Assembly: GCF_054482525.1 (NCBI RefSeq) | Contig: NZ_CM137006.1 | DNA length: 64,000 nucleotides | Reading direction: 5' to 3' (one strand) | Shown: positions 35,099-45,892 of the stretch, one piece after another | Layout: each line of letters starts with the position of its first letter | Position numbering within the stretch: position 1 is the stretch's first letter | Program-made: the position numbers and the translations under genes | The notes under the pieces: model-generated | The model's input: only the letters and a program-made list of their open reading frames with translations | Told to the model about the DNA's origin: nothing | The model's database searches: none

Positions 35099-35897
35099 AG
35101 CAACGGAGATCCTGACAGGTAAAGTTATGCAAAAATCGGTCTTAATTACCGGATGTTCCAGTGGAATTGGCCTGGAAAGCGCGCTCGAATTAAAACGCCA
35201 GGGTTTTCATGTGCTGGCAGGTTGCCGGAAACCGGATGATGTTGAGCGCATGAACAGCATGGGATTTACCGGCGTGTTGATCGATCTGGATTCACCAGAA
35301 AGTGTTGATCGCGCAGCCGACGAAGTGATCGCCCTGACCGATAATTGTCTGTATGGGATCTTTAACAATGCCGGATTCGGCATGTATGGCCCCCTTTCCA
35401 CCATCAGCCGTGCGCAGATGGAACAGCAGTTTTCTGCCAACTTTTTCGGCGCACACCAGCTCACCATGCGCCTGTTACCCGCGATGTTACCGCACGGTGA
35501 AGGGCGTATTGTGATGACCTCATCGGTCATGGGATTAATCTCCACGCCGGGTCGCGGCGCTTACGCAGCCAGTAAATATGCGCTGGAGGCGTGGTCGGAT
35601 GCGCTGCGCATGGAGCTGCGCCACAGCGGAATTAAAGTTAGCCTGATCGAACCCGGTCCCATTCGTACTCGCTTCACCGACAACGTCAACCAGACACAAA
35701 GCGATAAACCGGTCGAAAATCCCGGCATCGCCGCCCGCTTTACGTTGGGGCCGGAAGCGGTGGTCGACAAAGTGCGCCATGCTTTTATTAGCGAGAAACC
35801 GAAGATGCGCTATCCGGTAACGCTGGTGACCTGGGCGGTAATGGTGCTCAAGCGCCTGCTGCCGGGGCGCGTGATGGACAAAATATTGCAGGGGTGA
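35088..35897 (+). CDS. ybbO: short-chain dehydrogenase/reductase
   Basis: 269-aa ORF with TGCSSGIG NAD(P)-binding motif and YxxxK active site; synteny. Confidence 0.85.
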   Translation: MTHKATEILTGKVMQKSVLITGCSSGIGLESALELKRQGFHVLAGCRKPDDVERMNSMGFTGVLIDLDSPESVDRAADEVIALTDNCLYGIFNNAGFGMYGPLSTISRAQMEQQFSANFFGAHQLTMRLLPAMLPHGEGRIVMTSSVMGLISTPGRGAYAASKYALEAWSDALRMELRHSGIKVSLIEPGPIRTRFTDNVNQTQSDKPVENPGIAARFTLGPEAVVDKVRHAFISEKPKMRYPVTLVTWAVMVLKRLLPGRVMDKILQG

Positions 35898-35915
35898 GTT
35901 GAAGCGCGCACTTAA

Positions 35916-36812
<897 letters not shown>

Positions 36813-36840
36813 GTTTCCGTTGATCGGCACATGAACCACA

Positions 36841-36866
36841 ACGCCGGATGCGATGCTGCGCATCCG
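36841..36866. terminator. perfect palindrome between convergent cnoX and fetB
   Basis: gccggatgcg atgctg cgcatccggc; likely bidirectional terminator/REP. Confidence 0.6.
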
Positions 36867-36874
36867 GCATTGCA

Positions 36875-37654
36875 TCATTTCTTCTTCAATTGCGTCACCA
36901 CCAACTGGTGGCGCGAATTGTAAAACTTACGATAGGTTAAATAGCAGGCAATAATGGTCGACAGGCTGGCGGTTGAGAGCAGCATAAAGGTCACCATAAT
37001 CTGATATTTAATCGCCTTCACCGGATCAATCCCGGCAAATATCAGCCCGGACATCATTCCTGGTAAACTCACTAAGCCAACCGTTTTTGCTGAATCGACC
37101 GTCGGAATTAAAGCCGCGCGAATACTGTCGCGAATCAATATCGCTGAAGCCTGTTTCGGCGTCGCGCCAAGACTCAGTTTCTCCTGAATCTGTTGCTGTT
37201 CGCTAATAACCCGTTGCCCTAAATTGTTGTAACACAACCCCACCGCTACCATGGCGTTACCGGCTATCATCCCGGCGATAGGGATCACCTGCATCGGGAT
37301 AAATTCAATCGACCCTGAGAGAATCAGCACCGCCAGGGTAATTCCCGCCCCGACCGTAATGGCAATAAACGATGAGATAAAAGCTTTAGCAATATATTTA
37401 CTGCGTTTTTGCGCATTCCACGCCGCATTAAAGCAGATAAATAACACCATCAATAATGTCAGGCTGGCATCATCCACGCTGAAAATATACTTCAGCACAT
37501 AGCCGACAATAATCAGCTGAATTATCGCGCGCCCGACGCTCCAGAGAATATCTTTCTCCAGCGCCAGTTTTTCTTTATGGCTAATTAAGATTGCCACCAC
37601 CACCAGCATTAATGCCAGTGCCAATGATTCGTTAGTAATATTATGCGAGTTCAT
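36875..37654 (-). CDS. fetB: iron-export ABC permease
   Basis: ORF 36875-37681; probable start MNSHNITNESLALALMLVVV...; overlaps fetA. Confidence 0.85.
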   Translation of the reverse strand: MNSHNITNESLALALMLVVVAILISHKEKLALEKDILWSVGRAIIQLIIVGYVLKYIFSVDDASLTLLMVLFICFNAAWNAQKRSKYIAKAFISSFIAITVGAGITLAVLILSGSIEFIPMQVIPIAGMIAGNAMVAVGLCYNNLGQRVISEQQQIQEKLSLGATPKQASAILIRDSIRAALIPTVDSAKTVGLVSLPGMMSGLIFAGIDPVKAIKYQIMVTFMLLSTASLSTIIACYLTYRKFYNSRHQLVVTQLKKK

Positions 37655-38318
37655 AGCGTGCTTCCTGCATTTCTCCGGCATGCGGTTGCAGTGTAATCAC
37701 CTTATCCGCATGATTAATTTCGTCTTTATCGTGTGTCACCCACAGCACGGCAATATTTTGCTCGCGCACATAACGATGGATCATCTCATTAACGTTATGT
37801 TTATTACTTTCATCCAGCGCACTGGTGATTTCATCCAGCAATAAAACCTTCGGCATAAATTGCAGGTTACGAATCAATGAGATGCGTTGTTTTTCACCAC
37901 CAGATAGCTCGGCGATATTCTTCGTCAAAATGCTGTCCGGCAAAGCGAAGCGTTCAAGAAAATCGAGAAAAATGGCCGGGTCAGGCTGCTGGTTACGGAT
38001 CTGCCAGGGAAAGATCAGATTATCGTATACCGTATCGCCAAACAGCGTCGGCGTCTGGGCGCAGTAAGACACTTGCTGGCGGTAGATTTCTGGCTTTAGT
38101 GTGCTGACATCCTCACCTTCAAACAGTAACGTTCCGCTGGTTGGGCTGATCAATGAAGCAACTATTTTTAGCAGCGTACTTTTGCCACAACCAGAAGGAC
38201 CGGTAATTAACTTAAATTCGCCAGCACGCAGCGAAAAATTGATGTTATTAAGAATCTTCGCATCACCCGCCAGATATCCTACGTTTTGTAGCTGAAGCAA
38301 AGGACTATTTTCCTGCAT
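37641..38318 (-). CDS. fetA: iron-export ABC ATP-binding protein
   Basis: 225-aa ORF with Walker A (GPSGCGKST) and LSGGEKQR signature. Confidence 0.9.
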   Translation of the reverse strand: MQENSPLLQLQNVGYLAGDAKILNNINFSLRAGEFKLITGPSGCGKSTLLKIVASLISPTSGTLLFEGEDVSTLKPEIYRQQVSYCAQTPTLFGDTVYDNLIFPWQIRNQQPDPAIFLDFLERFALPDSILTKNIAELSGGEKQRISLIRNLQFMPKVLLLDEITSALDESNKHNVNEMIHRYVREQNIAVLWVTHDKDEINHADKVITLQPHAGEMQEARYELA

Positions 38319-38463
38319 CGCTGTTCCCTTTTTCTGATTTTTACTAAAAACAGTTTATCCTTCGCAGGAATAAGGGGGAACTCTCTTTCAGTAATCAGGT
38401 ATAATTTGTTTAATCAAGCAGCAATTTTGCTGATTATGGACGGTACAACAGGAGGTTTTTCCG

Positions 38464-39381
38464 ATGCTTATCTTTATCCCGATTCTCATTTTTGTCGCGC
38501 TGGTCATTGTCGGCGCGGGCGTCAAAATCGTGCCGCAGGGCTATCAATGGACGGTAGAACGTTTTGGTCGCTATACCAAAACGTTACAGCCGGGGCTCAG
38601 TCTGGTGGTGCCGTTTATGGATCGCATTGGTCGCAAGATCAATATGATGGAGCAAGTGCTCGATATCCCTTCCCAGGAAGTTATCTCGAAAGATAACGCC
38701 AACGTTACCATCGACGCCGTGTGCTTTATTCAGGTGATTGACGCGCCGCGCGCGGCTTATGAAGTCAGCAATCTGGAGCTGGCGATCATCAACCTGACCA
38801 TGACTAACATCCGTACCGTGCTGGGTTCAATGGAACTTGACGAAATGCTCTCTCAGCGCGACAGCATCAACTCACGCCTGCTGCGTATTGTCGATGAGGC
38901 CACCAACCCGTGGGGGATTAAAGTCACCCGTATTGAAATTCGCGACGTGCGCCCACCAGCAGAGCTTATCTCTTCAATGAACGCGCAGATGAAAGCGGAA
39001 CGTACCAAACGCGCTTACATCCTTGAAGCGGAAGGGATCCGTCAGGCGGAAATCCTCAAAGCCGAAGGTGAAAAACAGTCGCAAATCCTGAAAGCGGAAG
39101 GCGAACGTCAGTCGGCGTTTTTACAGGCTGAAGCGCGTGAACGTTCCGCTGAAGCAGAAGCCCGCGCCACCAAAATGGTGTCTGAAGCCATTGCCTCCGG
39201 CGATATTCAGGCGGTGAACTACTTCGTAGCACAGAAATACACCGAAGCGTTACAGCAGATCGGTTCCTCCAGTAACAGCAAAGTAGTGATGATGCCATTA
39301 GAGGCCAGCAGCCTGATGGGGTCGATTGCCGGGATTGCCGAGCTGGTGAAAGACAGCGCCAACAAACGGACTCAGCCATGA
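38464..39381 (+). CDS. qmcA: SPFH/band-7 (stomatin-like) membrane protein
   Basis: 305-aa ORF with N-terminal TM and band-7 domain. Confidence 0.9.
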   Translation: MLIFIPILIFVALVIVGAGVKIVPQGYQWTVERFGRYTKTLQPGLSLVVPFMDRIGRKINMMEQVLDIPSQEVISKDNANVTIDAVCFIQVIDAPRAAYEVSNLELAIINLTMTNIRTVLGSMELDEMLSQRDSINSRLLRIVDEATNPWGIKVTRIEIRDVRPPAELISSMNAQMKAERTKRAYILEAEGIRQAEILKAEGEKQSQILKAEGERQSAFLQAEARERSAEAEARATKMVSEAIASGDIQAVNYFVAQKYTEALQQIGSSSNSKVVMMPLEASSLMGSIAGIAELVKDSANKRTQP

Positions 39382-39836
39382 TGGAGTTAATGGTCGTTCA
39401 TCCACATATTTTCTGGCTCAGTCTCGGCGGGTTGCTGCTGGCAGCCGAGATGCTGGGCGGAAATGGTTATTTGTTGTGGAGCGGCGTGGCAGCGGTGATT
39501 ACCGGTCTGGTGGTCTGGCTGGTGCCGCTGGGTTGGGAGTGGCAAGGGGTGATGTTTGCCGTCCTGACGCTGCTCGCCGCCTGGCTGTGGTGGAAATGGT
39601 TGTCGCGGCGGGTGCGCGAACAAAAGCACAGCGACAGTCATTTAAACCAGCGCGGGCAGCAGCTTATTGGCCGACGTTTTGTGCTGGAATCTCCGCTGGT
39701 CAACGGGCGAGGTCATATGCGCGTCGGTGACAGTTCATGGCCTGTCAGCGCCAGCGAGGATCTCAGTGCAGGTACGCATGTTGAGGTGATTGCGATAGAA
39801 GGGATAACGCTGATTATCCGTGCGGTCATCGCCTGA
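39378..39836 (+). CDS. ybbJ: NfeD-like membrane protein
   Basis: 152-aa ORF, 4-bp overlap with qmcA stop, hydrophobic N-terminus; classic SPFH-NfeD pair. Confidence 0.85.
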   Translation: MMELMVVHPHIFWLSLGGLLLAAEMLGGNGYLLWSGVAAVITGLVVWLVPLGWEWQGVMFAVLTLLAAWLWWKWLSRRVREQKHSDSHLNQRGQQLIGRRFVLESPLVNGRGHMRVGDSSWPVSASEDLSAGTHVEVIAIEGITLIIRAVIA

Positions 39837-39854
39837 TGCGACGCTGATGCGTCT

Positions 39855-39901
39855 TTTCATGCCTACAAAATATGCCCGAATTGTAGGCCGGATAAGGCGT
39901 T
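39855..39901. repeat. REP palindromic unit, left part split by IS insertion
   Basis: gcctacaaaatatgcccgaattgtaggccggataaggcgttt; rejoining with 41335 onward reconstructs gccggataaggcgtttacgccgcatccggc. Confidence 0.7.
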
Positions 39902-39902
39902 T

Positions 39903-40657
<755 letters not shown>

Positions 40658-40761
40658 ATCAGCATACTTGTCCTTAGCCTTCTGCAGTGACAGCTGGTAG
40701 TACAGCGTGCTTCTGGCCAGCCCTGCAGCCTTTAACAGGTCAGACTGGCAGTGTCCGCACC

Positions 40762-41292
40762 TCAGGCTCCGGATGACTTTCGTTTTTTCTCCAGCTCCTG
40801 GCGCTTTTTTTCCAGGAGATGCTCCTGCATGGCTTTCAGATATGCATTTTCTGCGCGAAGATAACGCAGCTCATTCTTCATCTCTTCCGGCGTCATGTTT
40901 GCCTCGTTTTCATGGGTATCATCAGAACGGGTCATGCTTTTCTCCTTCCTGCGCCTGATAAAGGCCTCATTACCAGATTTGCGGTAGCCTTTTATCCAGT
41001 TTTTAACCGTGTTGTGGCTGGGAATGTTAAACCGGGCAGCTACCCGGGGTAGAGACTCAGAATGCCCGAGAGCATAAAGAACCACGCAAAGTTTATCTTC
41101 AGGAGAATAGCTACGCTTGTGTCTGCAATCCAGTGCCCGAGGACCGTGAAGAAGAAAAAGATTAATCCAGTGTGAGAGGCTGGTGTGAGAAAGTTGAAAG
41201 AGTTTTGCCGTAGAAATGATGCCTGCATGACCAGCCAGGTAGTGATTTACAGCGGCAAGTTTTACTTCAAATGAATGTTTCATAAACTGCAC
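40762..41292 (-). CDS. IS3-family transposase OrfA (HTH plus leucine zipper)
   Basis: 176-aa ORF; ends over ggaaaaaaagcg (A7G) frameshift motif near 40805-40815. Confidence 0.8.
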   Translation of the reverse strand: MQFMKHSFEVKLAAVNHYLAGHAGIISTAKLFQLSHTSLSHWINLFLLHGPRALDCRHKRSYSPEDKLCVVLYALGHSESLPRVAARFNIPSHNTVKNWIKGYRKSGNEAFIRRRKEKSMTRSDDTHENEANMTPEEMKNELRYLRAENAYLKAMQEHLLEKKRQELEKKRKSSGA

Positions 41293-41334
41293 CTTCAGAT
41301 GTCAGATTATGTCCAACATTTGGGGTGCAGTTCA

Positions 41335-41440
41335 GTTTACGCCGCATCCGGCGGTTATGCGCTGATGCCTGATGCGGCGCGGGCGCGTCTTATCATGCCT
41401 GGAAGTCTGCGCCCGAATCGTAGGCCGCCTCCGCTATATT
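41335..41440. repeat. REP/BIME cluster, right part
   Basis: gtttacgccgcatccggcg..., gcctgatgcggcgc..., cgaatcgtaggccg: several REP-like units. Confidence 0.65.
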
Positions 41441-41456
41441 AACTGGCATTGGCAAA

Positions 41457-41819
41457 TTACTCGTCACTACCTTTATTCATGTTTTTTTGGTCTTCATCCG
41501 GATAATGTTTTTTTAGATATTCCAGGACGTTTTTATTGACCTTGTGTTGCGTATACACCCACCCTTTCCAGTAATCAGGCTGGTCCAGGTAAACTTCTGG
41601 CGGAATGGTGAAATCAGAAAGCGTTAACCATTCGGCTAACAGATCGGGGTTTCGTTTCTGGATTAACTGCAACAGCATAATCAGTGACATAGCTGAGGCA
41701 GGAGCCGTACTATCACCACTCAAATATTTCCACACTGTTGACCGGTTCGAACGAAAAAGGATCGGTAGCAATGCCCGGTCCAGATTCATTTCATTAAAAA
41801 TCTTCTCAAATTCATTCAT
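41457..41819 (-). CDS. hypothetical protein (120 aa), not in K-12 map
   Basis: ORF MNEFEKIFNEMNLDRALLPILFRSNRSTVWKYLSGDSTAPASAMSL...; AT-rich context; divergent from the adjacent outer-membrane protein gene. No function assigned. Confidence 0.5.
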   Translation of the reverse strand: MNEFEKIFNEMNLDRALLPILFRSNRSTVWKYLSGDSTAPASAMSLIMLLQLIQKRNPDLLAEWLTLSDFTIPPEVYLDQPDYWKGWVYTQHKVNKNVLEYLKKHYPDEDQKNMNKGSDE

Positions 41820-42167
41820 TTAAATTTTCCTGCCTGGCGTAAACCTCTTAAAAATTGAGATTTATCAAAGAAACGCATTTTAGCACACATCAGGAACCGC
41901 TTCACGTTTAGTCCAGAAACAGAATTTATTTCGCTTATCAAAACAAGTCTTTACTCTTTTTTACATTGAAAGAGCACAAAATGATTTTCTATTTTATTTA
42001 TATAAGAAACATTTTTTGTTTCTTATTGGTGGTGTTTACGCTTACACCAAACAAAAATGCGCTTTACATCACACAAATGGCGGCGTAGATTTCGATCAAA
42101 TTGCAACGCAGATTAATTCTTATAACAACGTTTTACGTTGCTTATAGAAACAAATATGTGACTTACT

Positions 42168-43601
42168 TTGAAAGAGAAAAAATGCATGAAAACTGTAAAG
42201 CTGTCTTTACTGGCTGTCGTTGTTGCTACCGCGGTAAGTCCATCTGCGTTTGCGGGTGATACTGTTGAGGCGGCAACGACAGAATTAACGGCAATCCAGC
42301 CAGGAATGTCGCAATCGGAAATTGATCAGAAAATTGGTCGATTTTTAGAAAGGACAGGGAATAGTGCAGCCGCACAAAATTATCTGATTGCGCATGATTA
42401 CCGGACAACGACACCTCAGGAAAATACAGCTGCTTCTCCCGTACAGCCCACCAATACGCTGAACCCGATAACCAATCAAGCGCAGACCGACCGCGACAAC
42501 GGGCAGGATACCGCCATTCAGGACGCACAACATGCCGCCAACTGGGCTTCAATGAAAGCTGATGACGCGCAGCACGCCATTATGGTGGCGCAGACGGATA
42601 TTGATGCCAATAAAGCCGCCATCGCCGACACCCGTAATGATGTCTCCGCAGTGCAGTCAGACGTCACCAACATAAAAGGCGATGTCGCACATGCCCAGTC
42701 AACGGCTGACCATGCCAACGCTAACGCCAACGCCGCTCTGATGAACGGCGTCAAACTTTCCGGTGCTGTGACAGAAAACAAAAATAATATCGAACAGAAC
42801 CGCAGCGATATTGCTGACCAGCAGCAACAACTCGACGAAACCCGGAAAACCGTTGCCGCCACCGGTGATGTACAGACTGCCGCCCGATATCAGAGCATGA
42901 TTGACGCCAGACAGACTGCTGCTGCCAATGCGCAACAGGAACAAGCGGACACCCAGCAGCAACAAATGGACGATCAGCAGAAACAAATCGACGCGACGCA
43001 AAAAACGGTTTCCGCACTTGGCGATGACCAGACCAACGCACATTATCAAGAGATGGTTAACGCCGAACTGAGAGCACAAAATGATGCGAATGCGCGTACT
43101 GCAGCAGAACAAAAACAAAAAATAGATACTCTGGCGACTAACCAGGCAACACAACAGCATATCGATAGTGTGCAGTACGGGGAACAAATTCAGCGTCTGG
43201 CGCAAGACTCAACACAAACGCATGAACAAATTGACAGCCTGACACAAGACGTAACCCAAACGCATCAGCAGTTAAGCAACACGCAAAAACGAGTAGCGGA
43301 TAATAGCCAGCAGATTACTACGCTCAATAACCATTTCAGTTCGCTGAAAAACGAAGTTGAGGACAACCGTAAAGAAGCCAATGCGGGAACTGCATCAGCC
43401 ATCGCTATCGCCTCACAACCACAGGTGAAAGCCGGTGACTTTATGATGATGTCAGCGGGAGCGGGAACCTTCAACGGTGAATCTGCGGTGTCTGTCGGAA
43501 CATCTTTTAATGCCGGAACGCATACCGTGATTAAAGCCGGTGTCTCTGCGGATACGCAATCTGATTTCGGCGCGGGTGTCGGCGTGGGATATTCTTTCTA
43601 A
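42168..43601 (+). CDS. putative secreted coiled-coil protein with YadA-like C-terminal membrane anchor (trimeric-autotransporter-like)
   Basis: Signal peptide (MKTVKLSLLAVVVATAVSPSAFA; start may be 42186), Gln/Ala-rich heptad-like central region, C-terminus ...AGTASAIAIASQPQV...GESAVSVGTSF...IKAGVS...GVGVGYSF resembling the YadA anchor (4 beta-strands ending in aromatic residue). Confidence 0.6.
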   Translation: MKEKKCMKTVKLSLLAVVVATAVSPSAFAGDTVEAATTELTAIQPGMSQSEIDQKIGRFLERTGNSAAAQNYLIAHDYRTTTPQENTAASPVQPTNTLNPITNQAQTDRDNGQDTAIQDAQHAANWASMKADDAQHAIMVAQTDIDANKAAIADTRNDVSAVQSDVTNIKGDVAHAQSTADHANANANAALMNGVKLSGAVTENKNNIEQNRSDIADQQQQLDETRKTVAATGDVQTAARYQSMIDARQTAAANAQQEQADTQQQQMDDQQKQIDATQKTVSALGDDQTNAHYQEMVNAELRAQNDANARTAAEQKQKIDTLATNQATQQHIDSVQYGEQIQRLAQDSTQTHEQIDSLTQDVTQTHQQLSNTQKRVADNSQQITTLNNHFSSLKNEVEDNRKEANAGTASAIAIASQPQVKAGDFMMMSAGAGTFNGESAVSVGTSFNAGTHTVIKAGVSADTQSDFGAGVGVGYSF

Positions 43602-43686
43602 TATTCCAATCCTCAATATAAATAAGAGCAAGGAAGCTTGCCGGGTTTCACCTCTTCATTAATTTGTACATTATTTAAGGTTAACA

Positions 43687-44109
43687 ATGATGAATAGCTC
43701 CATTAAATCGTTTTCCCTGCTGGCGGTTATATTACTGGCTGGCTGTAGTTCACCCACTTCCCGCATCGCAGATTGCCAGGCGCAGGGCGTCAGCCATGAC
43801 ACCTGTTATCTCGCAGAACAACAGCGTCAGACGGCTATTTTAAGTGCATCCGAGGCGCAGGCATTTAAAAATGCAGAAGCCGCACAACATGCCCAGGCCG
43901 CTAAAAAATCTATTTATAAAGGATTTGGCATGACCTTTAGAATGAGCAGTAAGAACTTTGCTTATCTCAATGATTCATTATGTGCAATTGATGAAGACAA
44001 TAAAGATGCCACTGTTTATCAGTCAGGTCTTTATAACGTCATTGTTTATCACCACACGGGAAAAGTCGCCTTAATGAAGGAAGGTCAGTTTGTGGGTTAT
44101 TTAAAATGA
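43687..44109 (+). CDS. hypothetical lipoprotein (140 aa)
   Basis: Signal peptide with lipobox LLAGC; several Cys; no recognised family. Confidence 0.55.
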   Translation: MMNSSIKSFSLLAVILLAGCSSPTSRIADCQAQGVSHDTCYLAEQQRQTAILSASEAQAFKNAEAAQHAQAAKKSIYKGFGMTFRMSSKNFAYLNDSLCAIDEDNKDATVYQSGLYNVIVYHHTGKVALMKEGQFVGYLK

Positions 44110-44309
44110 AGGAGCAAAGGAAAATCCCCCTGACGCATATTATGATTATCGGTGCGTTTATTTTTGCCTTCTTGCAAGTGGTGTTATTAGCCTCCCTGGT
44201 TCACGCTGTGAATGTTAACAACGAAATCCAGGAAGGCTTATTTCAATCGGGGCGCATAATGGTAGAAAGTTTGCAGCATATTCTTTCGGTGCAAACGGGG
44301 ATTAACTGA
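44106..44309 (+). CDS. hypothetical small membrane protein (67 aa)
   Basis: ATGA start/stop overlap with preceding lipoprotein gene; one predicted TM helix (IMIIGAFIFAFLQVVLLASLV). Confidence 0.45.
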   Translation: MKEQRKIPLTHIMIIGAFIFAFLQVVLLASLVHAVNVNNEIQEGLFQSGRIMVESLQHILSVQTGIN

Positions 44310-44312
44310 TTT

Positions 44313-44720
44313 TCACCCCGCCCGATGATGACAGCAGCCGGAGAGATTTTCGATAATCGGGCAGTCGGCGCTGTCATCACCAGGGCAGGCATTCGCCAGC
44401 GCCAGTAGCTGGTCGCGCATGGATTGCAGCTCCTCAATGTGCCGTTCGATCTCCGCTACCTTCTCCAGCGTGCGCCGTTTTACATCGGCGCTGTGACGCT
44501 GTGGGTCGTTAAACAGATTCACCAGTTCGCCGCTCTCTTCCAGGTTAAAGCCCACCTGGCGCGCCTGGCGCAGTAAGGTCAGTTCGTTGAGATGCTGCTG
44601 CGTGTAGGTTCGATAACCATTTTCGCTGCGCATCGGCGGCGTCACCAGCCCCTTCTCTTCATAGAAGCGAATGGCTTTGCTGGTCAGGCCGGTAATTTTT
44701 GCTACATCGCTAATGTTCAT
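44313..44720 (-). CDS. cueR: MerR-family copper-responsive regulator
   Basis: 135-aa [32 protein letters not shown]... with C-terminal metal-binding Cys pair (CPGDDSADC). Confidence 0.9.
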
Positions 44721-45892
44721 CGTTCGCGCAACGCCTCCTGTGCTTTATTAAAGGGTTTCAACAGATAATCCAGCACGCTTTTTTTGCCGGTGCGGATATC
44801 GACCGTCGCCACCATACCGGGGAATATCGGAAACTGCTGTTTATGTTTATTTTCCAGATGGTTGCTGAAAGTGCGAATGTACACCCGATAGTAATAAACA
44901 TCGCGCCGCACTTCATCCTGCACGGTGTCTGGTGATATCACCGCCACTTCTCCCGGCAGGCCGCCGTAGATGGAGTAATCGTAGGCGGTTATTTTCACCA
45001 GCGATTTTTGCCCCGGGTGGATAAACGCCACATCGCGCGGGGAGATTTTTGCCTCAATCAGCAGTTGCTCATCCAGCGGCACGATGGTCATCAGTTTACC
45101 ACCGGGGGCAATGACGCCGCCAACCGTGGTGACGTCAATGTCCTGAACAATGCCTCGCACCGGCGCGGTAAAGTTGAGCCTGGTGAGGGAGTCTTCCCGT
45201 CCACGGATCACCGAACGCTGGGTTTCTACTTCCGCATTGGCTTTCGCTAACTCTTCCCGCGCCTGTACGTAGTATTGCGTGCGCACGTCGCTGAGTTTGT
45301 TTTCCAGTTCATTGGCCTGGCGTTGCAGGCGCAGCACTTCAACGCTGCTCGCCGCCCCCTGTTTTACCAGCGGCTGGGTCATCGCCAGTTCGCGGTTGAC
45401 CAGGCTAATCCCCTGCGTCAGCCCGGTGGTGGCTTTGTTCAGCCCATCGCGGCGAGTGTTGTACAACGCCGTTTCCGACTCGATAAGTTCGGGGAATTTA
45501 TTCAGTTCGTCAGGGAAGACCAGCGGTTTATTACTCACTTCCGCCCGCAGCCGCGCCGAGGTTGCCAGCGCCGCGTACAGCCGCGACATTGCTTCCTGGA
45601 CGTCGGATTCCGTTTTGGTGCGGTTAAGCTGCGCCAGCGGCTGGCCCTGTTCAACAATATCGCCAACCTTGACGTCGAGATGATACAGAATTCCGCCTTC
45701 CAGCGACTGCACCACCTGTTCGCGCCCGGAAGGTTCTACCGTGCCGCTGCCGGTGGTGACTTCATCAAGCTGGAAGTACCACGCCCAGCCGAGAAAACAG
45801 AGCAGCATCACAGAGGTAACGCGTACCGCCAGCGCCGAACGCGGCAGGCGGGGTTCAGTCAGGCCACGGTTGTATTGCAGTTGTCCGTTCAT
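44717..45892 (-). CDS. type I secretion membrane-fusion protein (HlyD family)
   Basis: 391-aa ORF with N-terminal TM, long coiled-coil and C-terminal beta domain typical of HlyD/LapC; 4-bp overlaps with ABC gene upstream and cueR downstream. Confidence 0.85.
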
